A stretch of DNA of 31,176 nucleotides from Candidatus Hadarchaeota archaeon (GTDB lineage: Archaea > CAYQAE01 > CAYVLA01), in NCBI GenBank assembly GCA_964452145.1, contig CAYVLA010000028.1, positions 1-31,176 of the forward strand. Reading direction: 5' to 3'. The translations under genes were made by a program, and so were the position numbers. Below, piece after piece: positions 25,901 through 31,176 of this stretch; the first letter of the stretch is position 1, and every line of letters starts with the position of its first letter. The notes beneath the pieces were generated by a model. The model ran no database searches, was not told where the DNA came from, and worked only from the letters and a program-made list of their open reading frames with translations.

Positions 25901-26773
25901 GTGAAGGCGGAGACGCCACGAGGCAGCTGGACTTCCAGCCTAAGGTCGGAACTCAACGTTTTCTATGCGTTCTTCCACCGCAACCTGGTCCAGCAGCTGT
26001 CCTTCAGGTCCTGGTTCGTCATGAGGATTCTGGGGATGGTAGTCGGAGTCACCACCTACAGCATATTCGCCAAGGTCATCCCCAGCACCGACATCAACGC
26101 CCAGATAGCCGCCAGGTACGGATTCACCGGTGCCAACCCGTTTCTGGATTTTTTCCTCATCGGGATGCTGGTGCAGAACATGATCGCCCTGGGGAGTGCG
26201 GGGATCAGCTGGCTGGTGAACAGTCCCTTCTACCCTTACTACCACTCCTCGCCCACAAGGTTGGTGACCGTGCTCTTCGGCAATAACTCGTTTCGGTATG
26301 TCTGGGTCGTGATCGAGACGATGGCCTACATCGGCGTCGGCCTGACTTTCGGGATGACCTTCTACTTTAACATAGGGTTCATACTGGTCCTCATCACGGG
26401 GATCTTTCTGATATTCTCACTCGACCTCCTCTCGGCCGGCTGGAACATAATTACTAAAGCCGGGGAAGATCCCCTTAACTGGTTCCTGGATCTTTTCAGC
26501 CGGTTGGTTTCCGGGACTTGGATACCGGTCTGGACCCTTCCACCGTGGCTACAGGTGATAGCAACTATTCACCCCCAGAGGTACGTGAATGACATGGCCC
26601 GATCCACCATGGGGGGCAACCTGCCCCTCAAGGAAATCTGGCCCGAGCTTGTGCCCCTGATGATCATAACGGCGATTATCTGCTTTGTGGGTTACAGGGC
26701 ATTCAAGTACGGGTTCTGGAAGGCCCGAGACGAAGGCACACTGGGCCACGCGATGTCGGGTTGGCGCAGGTAG
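25901..26773 (+). CDS. ABC-2 type exporter permease
   Basis: About six hydrophobic segments, LVSGTWIPVWTLPPWLQVIATIHP motif, ARDEGTLG near the C-terminus. Starts 3 nt after the ATPase stop. Confidence 0.88.
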   Translation: MKAETPRGSWTSSLRSELNVFYAFFHRNLVQQLSFRSWFVMRILGMVVGVTTYSIFAKVIPSTDINAQIAARYGFTGANPFLDFFLIGMLVQNMIALGSAGISWLVNSPFYPYYHSSPTRLVTVLFGNNSFRYVWVVIETMAYIGVGLTFGMTFYFNIGFILVLITGIFLIFSLDLLSAGWNIITKAGEDPLNWFLDLFSRLVSGTWIPVWTLPPWLQVIATIHPQRYVNDMARSTMGGNLPLKEIWPELVPLMIITAIICFVGYRAFKYGFWKARDEGTLGHAMSGWRR

Positions 26774-27111
26774 GTTAGCAGAGCCCTGACATCCGGCCTA
26801 TTCCTGGAGTTGCACGCCCGCCCCGGCCATCCCCATGGCTTGGCGTAGGGGACCTTTACATCCGGGAACCGGGGCCCGCGAGATCAAGGAGACGTCGGCG
26901 TCTACGAGGCGACCTATCCTCTTCTCAGATGATACGGCTTCGGACGGCTCGCCCGTGGCAGGTCTCGCCCAGCAAACCGGCCAGAGCCAGGAGACCCATC
27001 ACGACCGTTTCGCAGATCGGAGTCCAGACAGTCGGCGTCCGTCGATCCGTCCAAAGTAGCCATCATGTCTGAATCGCTCATACACACCTGCCATAAGGTG
27101 AACTGGCCGTA

Positions 27112-27411
27112 CTAGAGGAGAAGGACGCTCATGGCAAGAGGGATGGTGTAGATCGCTATGCCGCAGGCAACCAAGGCCTTGAACCAGCGGGTGCCGAAGG
27201 ACCGGGGCGACTCGACGTAGATCTGCCACAGAAGCACGTTGACCATGAGGAGGGCACCGACTCTGAACGCGACGTAGAACAAGGGGTCAACTCCGTGCAA
27301 CCCGGAGATGACCGGGTTCAGCTCCTTGACCCCCTCATTCCCGCGAACCGCCCACGTGACCATTGAGTCGTGAAGATAGAGGGCGTCGAGCGTGATGACA
27401 CCGGGCCTCAT
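27112..27411 (-). CDS. Small membrane protein, DUF5658-like
   Basis: D-x2-V-T-W...G-x-K-E-L-N-P-V pattern and three hydrophobic segments. TATA ATTTATAG at 27443-27450. Confidence 0.6.
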   Translation of the reverse strand: MRPGVITLDALYLHDSMVTWAVRGNEGVKELNPVISGLHGVDPLFYVAFRVGALLMVNVLLWQIYVESPRSFGTRWFKALVACGIAIYTIPLAMSVLLL

Positions 27412-27474
27412 CGCCAGCCAGAACCGCGAATCCGCGAAGGGTCTATAAATCGCTCCTACAACGGCTCAGAGATG

Positions 27475-27867
27475 TCACGATCTCGGCAAGGCTCGCTGAC
27501 TGGGCTTCCTGCCCACTCGAAGCTTTGAACCCGATACTTCCAGTATCTCCACGACCTCGCCTGCCGGGATCCTTCCCTCGGAGGAGCGGGCCACCCAAAG
27601 GACTCCCCCAAACTTCGCCATCCCCTCGGGATCGAGATCCGCGACCACGATCGCCTCCTCACCGAGCATGCTCTCCGCGCCGACGATGGGACCGTGCCAT
27701 GGAAAGAGGACGACCTTGATGATGAAGAGAGCCGCCAAGCCCGCCAACGCGACGGGGACCAAACCAGGGGAATGCTGCAGAAGGACGAAGACCAGGAAGC
27801 CTCCGATGACCGCCTCCTCCACGCAGCTGATGAGAAACTGCCGTGTGAGATCCTGGCGAGCCGTCAC
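27475..27867 (-). CDS. NfeD-like protein (TM helices + C-terminal OB fold)
   Basis: VGAESMLGEEAIVVADLDPEGMAKFGGVLWVARS...GEVVEILEVSGSKLRV. SD GAGGAGGAG before GTG. Confidence 0.85.
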   Translation of the reverse strand: MTARQDLTRQFLISCVEEAVIGGFLVFVLLQHSPGLVPVALAGLAALFIIKVVLFPWHGPIVGAESMLGEEAIVVADLDPEGMAKFGGVLWVARSSEGRIPAGEVVEILEVSGSKLRVGRKPSQRALPRS

Positions 27868-27978
27868 CTACTCCTCCTCATCAACGACGCCGTATTTACG
27901 CGTCACGTAGGCGTAGATCAGCACCGTGTACACGACGGGGAACGTCAACATCACCAGTAGGCTCCAGTCGATCCTCAT
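27868..27978 (-). CDS. 36-aa single-TM microprotein (below the ORF-track cutoff)
   Basis: MRIDWSLLVMLTFPVVYTVLIYAYVTRKYGVVDEEE*. ATGA overlap with the upstream nfeD stop; its TAG directly abuts the downstream GTG, so it fills the gap exactly. Confidence 0.7.
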   Translation of the reverse strand: MRIDWSLLVMLTFPVVYTVLIYAYVTRKYGVVDEEE

Positions 27979-28424
27979 TCTGCCCGCCTCCAAGGCCTTA
28001 CCCGCAGCATCAGCCCGTCTACGTCGACGACCTCGACGAGCTGCCGCTCGTCCAGAAGACTGGCGTCGGATCGGGCCTTCCAGATCTCGTTGTCGACCTT
28101 GACTATCCCCACGGGATCAAGCGGGGACATCACCTTCCCCACCTTCCCGACCATGCCTTCCTTGCCGGTTATGGGCCAGAGCCTCGACACGGCCACGCAG
28201 GGCCACATGACGAACAGGTCCTTGACCACCTCGAGGACGAAGACCAGCACGACAAGCCAGAGGGGGACCCTGAACCCGACCACGATGTGGATGATGGCCA
28301 GGACGACCCCCGTGATTATCTGGTCGCTGGCCAGGCTGATCGATCTTATCGCCCAGTACCGTCTTGAGTACATCTTCCATCGAAGCGGTCCCCCCGATGT
28401 CATCCAGTAGAGATCGCGGGACAT
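27975..28424 (-). CDS. NfeD-like protein (TM helices + C-terminal OB fold)
   Basis: TGKEGMVGKVGKVMSPLDPVGIVKVDNEIWKARS...VEVVDVDGLMLRVRP. ATG 1 nt after the upstream stop. Confidence 0.88.
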   Translation of the reverse strand: MSRDLYWMTSGGPLRWKMYSRRYWAIRSISLASDQIITGVVLAIIHIVVGFRVPLWLVVLVFVLEVVKDLFVMWPCVAVSRLWPITGKEGMVGKVGKVMSPLDPVGIVKVDNEIWKARSDASLLDERQLVEVVDVDGLMLRVRPWRRAE

Positions 28425-28425
28425 G

Positions 28426-28734
28426 CTACTCCGACCCCAGCATCATCCTCAAACCGCTCTCCAGGCATCCCTTGCAGTACACCACGATGAGGCCCAGCTT
28501 CTCCTTGCCAACCGTCAACTTGTGCGCGCTGACCATGGAGTCGCGGACGAGGGTGCCCAGCGACATCGACCCATCCGACATGAAGATCTTCATCCTGCCC
28601 GTGATGTGGCCGCAGATGACCACGATCGTCCTCGCGTCCCAGTCGATGAAGAAGTTCTTGGCGTCTATGCCGTAGGCCGCCAGCTTGGATCTGACGGCCT
28701 GTTCCAGCTGCCTTCTGTCAACTCCGTGCTCCAA
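28426..28734 (-). CDS. Hypothetical protein (~102 aa) with CGH and CxxC
   Basis: The C-terminal part of ORF 28426-28848 is protein-like and abuts nfeD. TTG 28734 lies ~34 nt after a TATA-like ATTAAA (28768-28773) and avoids overlap with the B3/4 gene. Confidence 0.6.
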   Translation of the reverse strand: MEHGVDRRQLEQAVRSKLAAYGIDAKNFFIDWDARTIVVICGHITGRMKIFMSDGSMSLGTLVRDSMVSAHKLTVGKEKLGLIVVYCKGCLESGLRMMLGSE

Positions 28735-28768
28735 GGATTCCCCGCACGACCGGGGGGACCGGTTCGAT

Positions 28769-29455
28769 TTAATGTTTCCGGTTCCGTGCCTCATCTGCCT
28801 GTGCCGCGCCGCCACAGTGCTTGGTAACAAGGGCAACGCACCTGGCAAGCGCGCCCGACAGTAGCATGTCCTCCACTCCCGGTACGCCGCATGACATGAT
28901 CAGGGCATCCTCCGTCGCCTCGGTGATCCTGGTCTCATTCGAGTCCCGGTGAGGATAGAGGGCGATTACCTTCTCCGCATCCGAGATGACGATCTCGTTT
29001 CCCGTCAAGGTCACGGGCTCCGGATGGCCTATTGGCACCATGCGTTCGCCGGGTCGGGCGAATCTCAGTTCCAGCCGGCCGCTGATCCTGTCCCTGTCGA
29101 AGGCAGCGAAGGGTATCCTTGTCAGGACGGAGGCAGTGTTGAGGGCATCGACGAAGGAGTTGATCGCAGGCAGGGGATTGCCTCGCAGAATCCTGCGGAT
29201 GAGGGCCTCCGATGCGGGGCGTGTCTTGGTGGGGTCGATACCCGCCCTCCAGAAGAAGTCGCGATAGGCGCGAAGAATAGGCTCCTCCTTCAAGGACTCT
29301 GCCCCCATCGACCTCCGGAGCCCCTCCTCGACCTGCCTCATGTATCCGACGAGATCGGCCGGGGAGACCCCAACGCGCATGTCAACGATCATCGCTGCTA
29401 AGACGCTGAAGCGGCCCAGCCTATCGATGACTTCCTGCTTGGGCCGAACCTCCAT
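28769..29455 (-). CDS. Stand-alone B3/4-domain protein (PheRS beta editing-domain homologue)
   Basis: AYRDFFWRAGIDPTKTRPASEALIRRILRGNPLPAINSFVDALNTAS, AFDRD, YPHRDS. SD GGAGGA. Confidence 0.9.
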   Translation of the reverse strand: MEVRPKQEVIDRLGRFSVLAAMIVDMRVGVSPADLVGYMRQVEEGLRRSMGAESLKEEPILRAYRDFFWRAGIDPTKTRPASEALIRRILRGNPLPAINSFVDALNTASVLTRIPFAAFDRDRISGRLELRFARPGERMVPIGHPEPVTLTGNEIVISDAEKVIALYPHRDSNETRITEATEDALIMSCGVPGVEDMLLSGALARCVALVTKHCGGAAQADEARNRKH

Positions 29456-29473
29456 TCATCTTCCTCCGATGCC

Positions 29474-30958
29474 TCAAGGCGAGTACATCCCCTCGCTCGC
29501 CGAGTAGATCCTCTCGTATCGGGCGAAGGATGCATCGTAGATCGACCTGCCCTCTGGGTCCGGACGCCATACTTCCTGGACGGGGTTGATCGCTTCGACA
29601 TCCGACAGGGGGATCCCGACGCCCCTGCACGCCAACATGAGGGCCCCAAGGGAAGCCGCCCATGGGACCCTGGGCCTTGCGTAGGTTCGCCCCGTCACGT
29701 CTGCCTTGATCTGGTTCCACACCGAGCTTCTGGACGCGCCTCCGAGCGCCAGGATTGCCGCGGGATCCTGACCCTGGGATGCCAGGAGACGGATGGCCGC
29801 CCTTATCTCGTAGGCTATCCCCTCCAGCATCGATCTGACCAAGTCACCATAGGCGTGGCCCAGCGTCAACCCGAAGAACGCCCCCCTTGCCCACGGGTTC
29901 CAACGGGTTGCCTGCGCGCCGGACAGGAAGGGAAGAAAGATGAGGCCGTTGGCCCCTCTGGGCGACCGGCACGCTGCCTGATCCATGAATCCGTACGGAT
30001 CGGAGCGGAACGCCTCATAATCGGACGGGGGCACAAACGTGTCCCTGAACCAGCGGAGCGCAAGCCCCGTGCTTCCGATGCCCTGTTCCATGAGGTACTG
30101 GCCGCGGATCGCATGACACGAGTACAGAAGGCCGCGATGCAGGGATTGGGGCAGGTCTGGCGCCGAGACCGAGAGATTGGTCGCGCTTCCTGTCGATTCC
30201 ATCGCCCGCTCCGGCGAAACCCCGCTGGCCAGAGCTTCGCATTGCCTATCCCCCGCGCCCGCGACGACATCCGGCCTCTCATCAATGCCCAGCTCACGCG
30301 CGACCTCCCCGGTCACCCGGCCCACCACCGAATGCGAATCCGTTGGGGCACACATCTGGTCCTCCGAGATGCCTAGATGCTGGATCATCTCGGGCCACCA
30401 ACGCCTCGCCCTCAGGTCCAGCATCATGGTCCTGGAGGCGACGGTCCAGTCCGTCGAGTACCTGCCGGTAAGCCTGTAGATCATGTAATCCTTCGGCAAC
30501 AGGAATTTGTGCACCCGCCGGAGGAGGCGGGGCCGATTTCTCCCCACCCAGAGGATCTTGGGCGCGGTGAAGTACGGGTCGGCCTTCATCCCGGTTCTCT
30601 GATGGATCTCCTCGCCGAATTCCCTTTCCAGATCCCGAGCCTCCGCCTCGCATCTTCGGTCGGCCCAGAGGATGCAGGGCATGATCGCGTATCCGCTTGC
30701 GTCGACGGCCAGGACGCTCTCCCTGTGGGAACACACACAAAGGGCCCGACATCCCAGCGGTTTCTCTGCGGCCTCGGCACAGCCACGAACCCCTCGAACC
30801 AAAGCCGCCCACCACGCTTCCGGATCCTGTTCGGCCCAATCCGGCCTGGGATGGATCGTGGGTATCTCCTCGCCGTATCCGGCTATCTCCCTTCCTTCTT
30901 CGTCGAATACCTGGACCTTGCAGCCGGTGGTCCCGAGATCGACGGTGACCACGCTCAA
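29474..30958 (-). CDS. FGGY-family carbohydrate kinase (xylulokinase-like), intact
   Basis: TVDLGTTGCK, PRPDWAEQDP, ILWADRR, FTAPKILW, LPKDY, GAGDRQ, STGS, FLPFLSG, LEGIAY, LGGASRS. TTG 30958 overlaps the upstream TGA. Confidence 0.93.
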   Translation of the reverse strand: MSVVTVDLGTTGCKVQVFDEEGREIAGYGEEIPTIHPRPDWAEQDPEAWWAALVRGVRGCAEAAEKPLGCRALCVCSHRESVLAVDASGYAIMPCILWADRRCEAEARDLEREFGEEIHQRTGMKADPYFTAPKILWVGRNRPRLLRRVHKFLLPKDYMIYRLTGRYSTDWTVASRTMMLDLRARRWWPEMIQHLGISEDQMCAPTDSHSVVGRVTGEVARELGIDERPDVVAGAGDRQCEALASGVSPERAMESTGSATNLSVSAPDLPQSLHRGLLYSCHAIRGQYLMEQGIGSTGLALRWFRDTFVPPSDYEAFRSDPYGFMDQAACRSPRGANGLIFLPFLSGAQATRWNPWARGAFFGLTLGHAYGDLVRSMLEGIAYEIRAAIRLLASQGQDPAAILALGGASRSSVWNQIKADVTGRTYARPRVPWAASLGALMLACRGVGIPLSDVEAINPVQEVWRPDPEGRSIYDASFARYERIYSASEGMYSP

Positions 30959-31176
30959 GCCATCTGCCCCCGTGCAAGCCTGGACAGAATCTCCTCTACC
31001 CTGGGCGGTATCCAGCCGGCCATCTGGTCCCAAGGAACGAAGGCCCCCCGCGGCATCCTCCACTCCTTGGTGAAGCTGAAGCTTGGGGCGAAGGCCCTCT
31101 TTCTGAGATACTCCTTAACAAGGCTGTCCAGCTCCTTCGTCTTCCTTATCCTGCCCTCGAATAGAGGACTTGCCAA
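30955..31176 (-). CDS. 3' end of an unidentified protein (5'-partial)
   Basis: Open frame from the window edge: ...TKELDSLVKEYLRKRAFAPSFSFTKEWRMPRGAFVPWDQMAGWIPPRVEEILSRLARGQMA*. The stop is coupled to the kinase start. Confidence 0.65.
   Translation of the reverse strand: MASPLFEGRIRKTKELDSLVKEYLRKRAFAPSFSFTKEWRMPRGAFVPWDQMAGWIPPRVEEILSRLARGQMA

Noticed and set aside
26774..27111. ~340-nt spacer between convergent genes examined for tRNA, SRP RNA, RNase P RNA or riboswitch
   Set aside because: No T-loop, cloverleaf or conserved SRP/RNase P motifs were recognisable by eye. An Infernal/Rfam scan would be needed to exclude them fully.
30959..31063. 35-aa N-terminal extension of the second FGGY kinase
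   Set aside because: Overlaps the upstream coding frame; homology begins at LSVVTVDLGTT with a TTG/TGA overlap.

Overview
GC-rich (roughly 60-65% by eye) prokaryotic chromosomal window that reads as archaeal: TATA boxes often ~25-35 nt before start codons, GGTGA/GGAGG ribosome-binding sites, many GTG/TTG starts, an AN1 zinc finger and PEF-CTERM-like tails. The lineage cannot be fixed from sequence alone. Left half, all minus strand: a partial secreted protein, a CNNM/DUF21 transporter, a type IIA P-type ATPase, a membrane protein fused to a winged HTH, then four consecutive predicted surface-exposed hydrolases (GDPD fusion; metallophosphoesterase; PAP-like phosphatase with CARDB and starch-binding-like modules; AN1-finger/TM/glycoside-hydrolase-like protein). 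Middle: a sugar-nucleotide cluster (epimerase, GlmS-like protein, galU, GT2), a metallophosphoesterase and a frameshifted FGGY kinase. Right: two ABC-2 exporters, an MBL hydrolase, PadR with a tandem operator, two nfeD-like genes flanking a 36-aa ORF missed by the ORF track, a B3/4 editing-domain protein and a second FGGY kinase. I saw no tRNA, rRNA, CRISPR array, integrase or transposase. Best novelty candidates: (1) a full-length GlmS pseudoenzyme that keeps the Gln-pocket motifs but lacks the main catalytic residues; (2) the surface phospho-glycan hydrolase cluster. All family calls come from motif recognition by eye, not database searches.
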